Positions 53,680-61,109 of a DNA stretch of 61,109 nucleotides are shown piece by piece. The stretch is from Pseudomonadota bacterium (GTDB taxonomy: Bacteria; Pseudomonadota; Gammaproteobacteria; UBA12402). Within the stretch, counting starts at the first letter, position 1. Each line of letters begins with the position of its first letter. The translations under genes were made by a program, and so were the position numbers. The notes beneath the pieces were generated by a model. It did no database searches, was not told the DNA's origin, and saw only the letters and a list, made by a program, of their open reading frames with translations. The DNA lies in assembly GCA_038043025.1 (NCBI GenBank), contig JBBTCW010000003.1:1-61109 (forward strand), in the 5' to 3' direction.

Positions 53680-54946
53680 TGTGCATCACGTTACACGTGT
53701 TGAGGGACACGGTAATATTAGCGTCGATCTTGAGAAAGGAAAGATTTTAAAGTGCCAACTCGCCATTGTCGAGGCGCCACGTTTTTTTGAAGCGATGTTG
53801 CGTGGTCGGCATTATGATGAAACGATTATTGTGTCGAGTCGCATTTGCGGTATTTGTTCGGTCGGGCATCAGTTGGCCGCATTGCGTGCGATTGAAGATG
53901 CGTTTAATGTTAAGATTTCTGAACAAGAAAAATGTTTGCGTCGCTTATTAAATTGTGGTGAGTTTTTTGAAAGTCATGTATTACATATTTATTTTTTAGC
54001 GATGCCGGATTTTAAAGGTGTTAAATCAATTTTTCCGCTCGCGAAAACGAATAAAGATGTGGTGGTGCATGCGTTAAACTTAAAACGATTTGGACATTAC
54101 ATTGGTGGTGTTATTGGCGGTCGCTTAATTCATTCAACGGCGACGGATGTTAAGGCGATGTCTAAATTGCCGACAAAAAAAGAATTAGAAGAAGTACTAA
54201 AACGCTTGCACGAAGCAAAAGAAGAGTTAAAACAAGGCGTTTCTATTTTAAAAGGCTTAAAGTTTCCAGCATTTGAGCGAGAAACAGAATATATTTCTCT
54301 GCAGAAAAAAGGAGTTTATGCCTCATTAGAAGGTAACATTTATTCCAGTGATGTCGGTGAAATTCCGTATAAAAATTATCGTGATGTCGTGAATGAATAT
54401 ATAGTGGATTATGCGACCGCCAAGCGCGCAAAACATAATCGCGCGTCATACATGGTGGGCGCCTTAGCGCGGTTTAATAACAATGGACAATGGTTATCGG
54501 ATGACGCCAAACAAATTGCACAAGATTTAGGATTGAAGTCGCCGTGTTATAATGCTTATTTAAATACCGTTGCGCAGTTTGTTGAGCTTGTGCATGTGGC
54601 GGATGATTCTATTGCAGCGGCAAAGAGTTTGTTAAACATGGATTTGAAATTAGAAGAACGTTCCCTCACCGTTACTCCAGGCTCGGGTGTGGGTGCTGTT
54701 GAAGTGCCGCGCGGGACGTTATATCACGAATATGTTTTTAATGAGAAAGGGATTGTTACAGATGCAAATTGTGTTATCCCAACGGGTCAGAACGTCAATA
54801 ATATTGAAGAAGATTTTAAAGCATTATTGCCAAGCATTTCTAAAAAATCCCAGAAAGAGATTACGCTTTTATTAGAAATGCTCGTGCGTGCTTACGATCC
54901 TTGTATTTCTTGTTCGGCGCATATGTTGGATGTTGAGTTTGTGTAA
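53666..54946 (+). CDS. Group 3b [NiFe]-hydrogenase large (alpha) subunit
   Basis: TRVEGHG, EAPRFFE, L1 SRICGICS.GH, EVPRG.L.H, L2 RAYDPCISCSAH plus a 7-aa cleavable tail; start after AAGGAG. Confidence 0.95.
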   Translation: MTKIDVHHVTRVEGHGNISVDLEKGKILKCQLAIVEAPRFFEAMLRGRHYDETIIVSSRICGICSVGHQLAALRAIEDAFNVKISEQEKCLRRLLNCGEFFESHVLHIYFLAMPDFKGVKSIFPLAKTNKDVVVHALNLKRFGHYIGGVIGGRLIHSTATDVKAMSKLPTKKELEEVLKRLHEAKEELKQGVSILKGLKFPAFERETEYISLQKKGVYASLEGNIYSSDVGEIPYKNYRDVVNEYIVDYATAKRAKHNRASYMVGALARFNNNGQWLSDDAKQIAQDLGLKSPCYNAYLNTVAQFVELVHVADDSIAAAKSLLNMDLKLEERSLTVTPGSGVGAVEVPRGTLYHEYVFNEKGIVTDANCVIPTGQNVNNIEEDFKALLPSISKKSQKEITLLLEMLVRAYDPCISCSAHMLDVEFV

Positions 54947-54948
54947 AT

Positions 54949-55398
54949 ATGTCCCACACATTAATTCTTTCCATCGGAAATTTATTACGCCATGACGATG
55001 GTGTTGGTCCGACCGTATTAAAATTATTATCTGAATATCCAAAGCCGAACGTTGATTATGTGAATGGCGGCACGGACGGATTGGCGCTGATTGATTTAAT
55101 TTCGTCATATAAAAAAGTGACCATTATTGACGCGGTGAACATGCAAATGCCGCCGGGAACGATAAAGCGATTCAAGCCAAAAGACGCCAAGATTCATGTA
55201 AAATCGGATGTGCTTTCGACACATGGTTTTGGTTTAGTCGAAGTGTTAGACTTGTTGGTGCAATTAGGAGTTGAGACAGAAATAGATATTATTGGCATTC
55301 AGCCAAAAGATATTTCGTTAGGCGAAGGGTTAAGCGATTGCATACGAGATTGTCTCAACGACGTCATCACCCTCATCGCAGCTCCAGCTCAGAGCTGA
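54949..55398 (+). CDS. Hydrogenase maturation endopeptidase
   Basis: IGNLLR.DDGVG, GGT.G, IIDAV, STHG.GL, GIQP and GLS; the last codons and stop come from the palindromic repeat. Confidence 0.92.
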   Translation: MSHTLILSIGNLLRHDDGVGPTVLKLLSEYPKPNVDYVNGGTDGLALIDLISSYKKVTIIDAVNMQMPPGTIKRFKPKDAKIHVKSDVLSTHGFGLVEVLDLLVQLGVETEIDIIGIQPKDISLGEGLSDCIRDCLNDVITLIAAPAQS

Positions 55399-55504
55399 CG
55401 AAATCGGGTGGCGGGAGAGGCTTGCTATGACTCTCTTGCAGCAGCTCAGAGCTGCGTGGATTAAAATTTTGTATGATATTGCTTACATCGCAGCTCAGAG
55501 CTGC
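55378..55504. repeat. Three-copy palindrome array (spacings 57 and 49 bp)
   Basis: Copies at 55384, 55441 and 55490, plus an extra half-site at 55378; homologous to 58425-58545. Confidence 0.9.
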
Positions 55505-55520
55505 CGTACCGGGTGAAAAT

Positions 55521-56828
55521 ATGTGCTATGCGATTCCAGGACAATTAATCGAAATTCGCAAAAATGGCGGCGGGGTGGTCGATTACTTTGGTGAAAAACG
55601 TAATATCTTATTAGACCTCAGCGATGCCGCAGTGGGTGATTATGTTTATGCGCAGGGCGGTATTTTAGTTCGCAAAATTCCCACGGCAGAAGCCTTAGAA
55701 ATTTTGTCTCTCTGGAAAGATAAATTTTTTGAATTAAAAAAAATGGATGCGCGGTTGTCCCATTTTTCAGAAAGCGACTTGCCGGCCAATACATTACAAA
55801 TTTTACAAAAAGTAAATTTAAAAAAACCGTTATCGCGACAAGACATGCAAGCACTTTTAAAATTGGAAGACCCTCGCGAGTTAAACATATTATATGAATT
55901 AGCGAATCACATCCGGCATCGAGAACATGATAATGCAAGCTGCATTCACGGCATTATCGAGTTTTCAAATTATTGTTGTGAAAATTGTTATTATTGCGGT
56001 ATTCGTTCTGATCGTGTGATCACGCGTTATCGCATGAGCGTCGATGAAATTATTGCTGTTGCGCAACATGCCGTTGATGAATATGGCTTTAAAGCATTAG
56101 TTTTACAGTCAGGTGAAGATCTATGGTATGACAAAAATAGATTAGTAAAAATCGTTCGTGCATTGCGTCAAATGGGCATTTTGGTTTTTTTAAGCATCGG
56201 CATGCGCGACAAACAATTGTATCAAACTTTATATCAAGCCGGTGCGCGTGCCGCGTTATTGCGGTTTGAAACTTCTAATGAAAATATTTTTAAGCGATTG
56301 CGCCCAGCTACTTCCTTGAATGAACGCATAGAATTAATTCAACAGCTAAAATCGATGGGTTATATTATTGCGACGGGGTTTATTGCGGGTTTGCCTGATG
56401 AAACGCCAGAAGATATTGTGAATAACATATTGTTGACGAAATCATTAGATCCCGACATGTATTCATTGGGACCATTCATTCCGACACTGGATACACCGTT
56501 GGCTGCGCACAGTAAATTATCGATGGATGCGGTTTTAAAGATTATTGCATTGACGCGTTTTGTCGATCCAAATTCAAATATTTTGGTGACGACGGCATTA
56601 GAAACATTGGATGCGAGCGCTAAAAAAGCGGCATTATTAGCCGGCGCTAATTCGATGATGATCAATGTGACGCCGATGCAATATCGTGCGCTTTATCAAA
56701 TTTATGATAATCGCGCGGATCGCAATCAAATGGTGAAAGTGGGTATACAAAGTGCGTTAAATTTATTATATTCATTGGGACGTGCGCCGACGGATATAGG
56801 AACATTAAAAGGAGAAATTTATGCCTAA
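55521..56828 (+). CDS. Fusion of a HypC/HupF domain and a HydE-type radical SAM enzyme
   Basis: N-terminal MCYAIPG...VDYFG..R...VGDYV...G......EA.E.L (HypC). Then IIEFSNYC.ENCYYCGIR, RYRM, VLQSGED, LLRFET, GPFIP..DTPL, TTALETL, AGAN and TP..YR..YQIY (HydE-like). One continuous frame. Confidence 0.85.
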   Translation: MCYAIPGQLIEIRKNGGGVVDYFGEKRNILLDLSDAAVGDYVYAQGGILVRKIPTAEALEILSLWKDKFFELKKMDARLSHFSESDLPANTLQILQKVNLKKPLSRQDMQALLKLEDPRELNILYELANHIRHREHDNASCIHGIIEFSNYCCENCYYCGIRSDRVITRYRMSVDEIIAVAQHAVDEYGFKALVLQSGEDLWYDKNRLVKIVRALRQMGILVFLSIGMRDKQLYQTLYQAGARAALLRFETSNENIFKRLRPATSLNERIELIQQLKSMGYIIATGFIAGLPDETPEDIVNNILLTKSLDPDMYSLGPFIPTLDTPLAAHSKLSMDAVLKIIALTRFVDPNSNILVTTALETLDASAKKAALLAGANSMMINVTPMQYRALYQIYDNRADRNQMVKVGIQSALNLLYSLGRAPTDIGTLKGEIYA

Positions 56829-57285
56829 AATATTTTCGATCAAAGAAATTTTACAATTCGCGGTTGAAAAGGAACATGAAAGCCAAGAATTATATCAAGC
56901 GCTTGCGGCGCAAGTCGGCAACCCAGATGCCAAATCCTTGTTCAAAGAATTTGTGATACAAGAGAAAAAACACGAAGATCTATACAAAAACATGTTAGCA
57001 AATATTGACGAATATCAGCATATTAATGATCTCGACGAGTATATGTCTTATATGCATGAGTTAATTAACACAAGCCATCCAGAAAGTGGAACGTCATCCG
57101 TGGCGCATATGAAATGTTTATCCGATATATTAGATTATGCAGTTTTACGCGAAAAAGAATCGGTATTGTTTTATGTCGGGTTGCGTGATTATGTCTCCGC
57201 GCCGTATCAAGCGCAGGTTGACGCCATCATTAAAGAAGAAGTGCAACATATCGTGCAGTTGTCGGGGCTCAAGAAAGCGATTTAA
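56821..57285 (+). CDS. Ferritin-like / rubrerythrin-family diiron protein
   Basis: A...E......Y...EKKH and A..RE..S..FY...EE..H repeated helix pairs; overlaps the fusion gene stop. Confidence 0.85.
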   Translation: MPKIFSIKEILQFAVEKEHESQELYQALAAQVGNPDAKSLFKEFVIQEKKHEDLYKNMLANIDEYQHINDLDEYMSYMHELINTSHPESGTSSVAHMKCLSDILDYAVLREKESVLFYVGLRDYVSAPYQAQVDAIIKEEVQHIVQLSGLKKAI

Positions 57286-57331
57286 AGTGAAAAATCCCCG
57301 CCGCTTGCTCCGGAGCTATCGAGTATTTTCT

Positions 57332-57871
57332 TTATGTGGTTGGTTTAAGACTGAGAACTGTGACATCAGCGGGATCAGACGGGGGCCGACCGGAAGCTCT
57401 TGCCAGGTACTGCTCTACGGCCGCTGCTAGTACTTCAATTTCTGCTTTTTGTTTTTCCAATTCTGCTGCTTGTTTGTCCAGTTTTTTTTCCAATTCAGCT
57501 GTTCGCTTTTTCTCTTCTGCTGTTTGTTTTTCCCGTTCTGCTGCTTGTTTTTTCCATTCTGCTGATTGTTTTTCCCATTCTGCTGCTCGCTTTTCCCGTT
57601 CTGCTGCTTGTTTTTCCCGTTCTTTTTCCCATTCTGCTGTTTTTTTTTCCCATTCTGCTGCTCGTTTTTCCCGTTCTGCTGCTCGCTTTTCCCGTTCTGC
57701 TGCTTGTTTTTCCATAGCATCAATTTCTGCTATCTCTGGACGGGGAGCCAGGTTTGCTTCTATTTTTGCCAGAAGCTCTTCGCTGGTATGGGCTTTAGCA
57801 TCGATCATATCGCGGGACATATCACGCATTTCTCTATCGGGATCGGGTCGTTTCTGCTTTCCTTTGAACAT
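57332..57871 (-). CDS. Hypothetical coiled-coil protein with 7-aa tandem repeats
   Basis: EK(Q/R/K)(A/T/S)AE(R/W/L) heptads; this frame has unique flanks and gives a plausible protein. Confidence 0.6.
   Translation of the reverse strand: MFKGKQKRPDPDREMRDMSRDMIDAKAHTSEELLAKIEANLAPRPEIAEIDAMEKQAAEREKRAAEREKRAAEWEKKTAEWEKEREKQAAEREKRAAEWEKQSAEWKKQAAEREKQTAEEKKRTAELEKKLDKQAAELEKQKAEIEVLAAAVEQYLARASGRPPSDPADVTVLSLKPTT
57460..57712. repeat. Degenerate 21-bp tandem repeat
   Basis: Units such as TTTTTCCCGTTCTGCTGCTCG / TTTTTCCCATTCTGCTGCTTG, about 10-11 copies. Confidence 0.85.
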
Positions 57872-57941
57872 AATTTTTTCAACAATACTTAATTAATAAT
57901 CTGATGATATCATAACAAATATTTTTGAATAATCATTCAAA

Positions 57942-58331
57942 TTATTTCGAAGCGCCCGCGCCTGGAGGAGTCCAGCCGGGAGGCACATCACATTCTTCTA
58001 TGCGTACATTGCGTACATTGCGTACATTCAGATTTGCAAGATCAGAATATAACGTGTCTTGGAAGAAGGTTTGGGGTGCCGCCAACAGACCGACTGTGGG
58101 TAAATCCGCGATAGCATCCGCGATAGCATGTGCTTGCTTACGAAAATCGGCCGTTTCTTTGTTTATTTTGTTTCTACCGCGCTGCATTGCTGCTTGAAAA
58201 ATTCTGTAATTGAGACGGAAAAAAACGTCGTCGAGAGGGATAAGAGCCAAATCGAGAGGGACATCGCGTGAGGGGGGAATTGGACTCATTTTGAATTCTA
58301 TTTCTATTTCCTTTGTTGTACCGCCTGGCAT
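57942..58331 (-). CDS. Hypothetical protein
   Basis: AGGAGA RBS before the ATG; in-frame micro-duplications (9 bp x3 at 58001-58027, 12 bp x2 at 58104-58127); no recognisable family. Confidence 0.45.
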   Translation of the reverse strand: MPGGTTKEIEIEFKMSPIPPSRDVPLDLALIPLDDVFFRLNYRIFQAAMQRGRNKINKETADFRKQAHAIADAIADLPTVGLLAAPQTFFQDTLYSDLANLNVRNVRNVRIEECDVPPGWTPPGAGASK

Positions 58332-58424
58332 AATTTTCTCCTAGTTGATTAATCTGACAGCATTATAACATCGAATTCTTAAGGAAATATTAAGGGCGTA
58401 AAAAAATCGGCAAGCTTAGCTATA

Positions 58425-58587
58425 GCAGCTCAGAGCTGCGAAAAGTAGGTGTCGGGAAGGGCTTGCTATGACTGCTTTCCAGAAGCTCAGAGCTGCGTGG
58501 ATTAAAATTTTGTATGATATTGCTTACATCGCAGCTCTGAGCTGCTAAAAACCAGTCACAGCCTGGCTCTCATTGGCTCAGAGCTGC
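58425..58587. repeat. Four-copy palindrome array (spacings 57, 49 and 42 bp)
   Basis: Copies at 58425, 58482, 58531 and 58573. Confidence 0.9.
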
Positions 58588-58592
58588 AGCGG

Positions 58593-60257
58593 TTAATAAT
58601 TAGGTTCCCACATATTAGCCAAAATCGCTTTTTTTATATCGGTTCTATGTGCAAATGGTGCAAATGCAACGCCTTCTGCAATTGCTTGTTCGGCGACAGC
58701 GACGGCAATGTCAAAACAAATTTCTCGAATATGGGTTAAGTCTGGTAAAAGCGATCCATAGACATCCTGTTGTGCGGGCGAATGTTTGGTGAGCGTACGG
58801 CTCGCCGCAGCAAACATGTCATGTGTGATGCGTTTTGCTTTTACTGAAATCACGCCTAAACCAAGCCCTGGGAAAATAAATAAATTATTGCATTGCGCAA
58901 TCGGCGTTTTTTTGCCGCTAATTATTTCATCGGGAAAAGGACTGCCGGTCGCGATCAACGCTTTACCATTTGTCCAGTTTAATAAATCATGTGGTGTAGC
59001 TTCGGTTTTTGAATGGGGATTCGATAATGCTAAAATAATTGGGCGCGGGGTGTATTTGACCATTGTTTTTATGATCGTTTCGGTAAACGCGCCTTTTACA
59101 GTAGAACAACCTACCAAAATAGTCGGTTTAACGTGACGCACCACTTCAAATAGGTCAACATGCGAGACATTTTTTAATTTCCATTCTGCCATCGCATTTT
59201 TTGATTTGGCATACGGTTTTTGAAAATCCATTAAATTATCCATGTCTTGCATCAAAAGACCGCGGCGGCCTAACAACCAAATGCGAGCTTGCGCGGCTTC
59301 CAATGACAGCCCGCGCTTTACCATAATTTTTACGATAAAATCCGCAATGCCGGTGGCTGCAGTGCCTGCGCCAAAAAACACAATACATTGTTGTGTGATA
59401 TCCTGGTGTATCGTTTGTAATGCGGATTCGATAGCGCTAAAAGCAACCGCCGCGGTGCCTTGCATATCATCATTAAACGTACACATCGTATTTTGATAGC
59501 GATCGAGATGTTTGCGCGCCGTATCTCTGCCAAAATCTTCCCAATGTAATAAAACATCAGGAAATATTTTTTTAATTGTTATAACGCATTGATCAATGAA
59601 ATGATCGTACTTTTGTCCAGTGAGGCGCTCATGGCGCCAGCCAAGATATAATGGATCATTTAATAATGTTTTATTATTTGTACCGATGTCGATGCAAATG
59701 GGTAAGGTGCGTGATGGATGTATGCCTGCGCATAATGTATAAAGCGCAAGTTTTCCGATGCATAAGCTTATGCCTCCTACGCCATGATCGCCAATACCTA
59801 AGATGCGTTCACCATCGGTGATAATAATGATATCGATATTGGCGTGATCATATCTTCTTAAAACTTCTTCCATCGAATCGCGTTCCGGATAAGAAAGAAA
59901 TAATCCGCGCGGTCGCTGAAAGATGTGATTAAAATGCTCGACAGCCTCACTGACAACTGGCGTGTAAATAATGGGTAACATTTCTGTGACATGATCATAG
60001 GCTAATTTATAAAATAATATTTCGTTTTGATTAAGTATGTTAGTGAGATAAATGTTTTTATCGAGCAAAGTAGGTTGTCGTTTAAATTCTTGATAACAGC
60101 GCGCACATTGCTCTTCGATTGTTTCAACGCGCGTCGGCAATAATCCGGTTAAATTAAATAGCTCGCGTTCGGTCGAGGTAAACGCCGAGCCTTTATTGAA
60201 ACGACTATCGTTTAATAGCGCTTGACCCGAGATGTTGGTTTTTGGGATGGTTGTCAT
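58593..60257 (-). CDS. maeA: NAD-dependent malic enzyme
   Basis: NKGSAFT..ER, PIIYTP, TDGERILGIGD, EDF, FNDDMQGTA, GAG.A..GIA, LSNP and QCNN.FIFPG. Confidence 0.95.
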   Translation of the reverse strand: MTTIPKTNISGQALLNDSRFNKGSAFTSTERELFNLTGLLPTRVETIEEQCARCYQEFKRQPTLLDKNIYLTNILNQNEILFYKLAYDHVTEMLPIIYTPVVSEAVEHFNHIFQRPRGLFLSYPERDSMEEVLRRYDHANIDIIIITDGERILGIGDHGVGGISLCIGKLALYTLCAGIHPSRTLPICIDIGTNNKTLLNDPLYLGWRHERLTGQKYDHFIDQCVITIKKIFPDVLLHWEDFGRDTARKHLDRYQNTMCTFNDDMQGTAAVAFSAIESALQTIHQDITQQCIVFFGAGTAATGIADFIVKIMVKRGLSLEAAQARIWLLGRRGLLMQDMDNLMDFQKPYAKSKNAMAEWKLKNVSHVDLFEVVRHVKPTILVGCSTVKGAFTETIIKTMVKYTPRPIILALSNPHSKTEATPHDLLNWTNGKALIATGSPFPDEIISGKKTPIAQCNNLFIFPGLGLGVISVKAKRITHDMFAAASRTLTKHSPAQQDVYGSLLPDLTHIREICFDIAVAVAEQAIAEGVAFAPFAHRTDIKKAILANMWEPNY

Positions 60258-60278
60258 GCGTACCTCGTGTTACTGGCT

Positions 60279-60350
60279 GCAGCTCTGAGCTGCGAGGATT
60301 GACCCCTTTCTATTCCTTGCCCCGCCTGCTTTGTAGCAGCTCAGAGCTGC
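60279..60350. repeat. Palindrome pair (57-bp spacing)
   Basis: Perfect copies at 60279 and 60336, each followed by GAGGATT; the second continues GGATTAAAATTTTGTA as in the 55.4 and 58.5 kb arrays. Confidence 0.9.
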
Positions 60351-60444
60351 GAGGATTAAAATTTTGTAGGAAATCACCTCGCCTGGATCTAAATATATCA
60401 TATTTGGCGTGGCCTTGGCATATGGGTTCGGTTATAATTTCGCC

Positions 60445-60927
60445 ATGAAAACTAAAATTGCCATCTATCCCGGTACCTTCGATCCCATTACTTTTGGCCA
60501 TCTTGATCTGGTCAAGCGTGCGCTCAATTTATTTGATCATATTGTTGTTGCGGTTGCTGCGAAAGAAGAAAAATCGCCTTTGTTTTCGCTCGACGAGCGC
60601 GTTAATTTGGCGCGGACAGTTTTAAAAGATTTTGATCATGTTGAAGTCGTTGGATTTAAAAATTTATTAGTCGACTTTGCAAAAGAGCAGCATGCAAAAA
60701 TTATTTTGCGTGGCATTCGCATGATTTCTGATTTTGATTATGAATTTCAATTGGCTGGAGTGAATCGTTTGTTGTCGCCTGATATTGAAACGGTTTTTTT
60801 ACGACCGGATGATAAATATAGTTATGTTTCTTCAAGCATTGTACGTGACATTGCTTCCTCGCATGGTGATGTTTCACATTTTGTGCCGGCAGTTGTTGCA
60901 GATGCGTTGAAGGAAATGTTCGCGTAA
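60445..60927 (+). CDS. coaD: Pantetheine-phosphate adenylyltransferase
   Basis: IYPGTFDPITFGH, RG.R..SDF.YE and VSSS.VR; start at ATG 60445. Confidence 0.97.
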   Translation: MKTKIAIYPGTFDPITFGHLDLVKRALNLFDHIVVAVAAKEEKSPLFSLDERVNLARTVLKDFDHVEVVGFKNLLVDFAKEQHAKIILRGIRMISDFDYEFQLAGVNRLLSPDIETVFLRPDDKYSYVSSSIVRDIASSHGDVSHFVPAVVADALKEMFA

Positions 60928-60932
60928 TTCTC

Positions 60933-61109
60933 TTGGATTCTGGATATTGTCGCGTAATGGCGCAACAATTTCGGAATGACGTGACTTTGTTTTCCGTCAT
61001 CCCGGAAAATCTGCGTAGCAGATTTGTCCGGGATCCAGGGAACGCTTTAGTTACGCACGTCGATTCTCCTGGATTCCGGACATTGTTGCGCAACGGCGCA
61101 ACAATTCCG
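60933..61109. repeat. Three CGTC-type REP-like palindromes, the last cut by the window end
   Basis: 60933-60980 (...GGAATGAC); 60995-61038 (CGTCATCCCGGA...TCCGGGATCCAG); 61069-61109, a near direct repeat of the first. Confidence 0.8.

Noticed and set aside
55473-55520. Longer start (MILLTSQLRAA...) for the HypC-HydE ORF
   Set aside because: These codons come from the repeat array; HypC requires Cys at position 2, which fits ATG 55521.
55521-56828. Calling the radical SAM domain biotin synthase BioB
   Set aside because: The BioB YNHNL motif is absent; LQSGED, LLRFET, GPFIP..DTPL and the C-terminal YxxY fit HydE better.
57336-57896. Overlapping ORFs 57336-57896, 57400-57717, 57427-57723 and 57566-57892
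   Set aside because: They are alternative frames of the 21-bp tandem repeat, which lacks stop codons.
55384-58587. Palindrome arrays as mini-CRISPRs
   Set aside because: The repeat is only 15 bp, the linkers are shared between loci and contain a common motif rather than being unique spacers, the arrays are dispersed, and no cas genes are present.
60242-60501. Short ORFs 60242-60448 and 60310-60501 (also 33000-33239, 34820-35089, 60701-61093)
   Set aside because: They are read-throughs of repeat elements or antisense to real genes, with no RBS or family motifs.

Overview
61 kb chromosomal window from a gammaproteobacterium that looks Legionellales/Coxiellaceae-like. This placement is inferred from a Com1-type DsbA, an LqsS-like kinase core, a CIRCE site alongside RpoH, and ankyrin/U-box orphans. 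The backbone is housekeeping: folA, ygfB-pepP, trxA-rho, ftsYEX-rpoH, hemX, def-fmt-rsmB, guaC, glyQS-gmhB, groESL, dprA-smg-topA, pckA, maeA and coaD. Accessory genes include eukaryote-like candidate effectors, a PAS-PAS histidine kinase, a stand-alone A-T-C-A-T NRPS, a HEPN/MNT toxin-antitoxin pair and a group 3b [NiFe]-hydrogenase cluster. Two things stand out. (1) The hydrogenase cluster has hypA, hypB and a maturation protease but no hypD/E/F in the window. Its only HypC is fused to a full-length HydE-type radical SAM enzyme, a family known from [FeFe]-hydrogenase maturation. (2) A 15-bp palindrome, GCAGCTC(A/T)GAGCTGC, occurs about 24 times at 9 loci with recurring spacings of 42, 49 and 57 bp. 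It is inserted in frame in rsmB, marks the breakpoint of a tandem gene duplication, and brackets the hypC-hydE segment as direct repeats. No rRNA, tRNA, CRISPR-Cas or transposase was recognised. All assignments are by eye; no searches were run.
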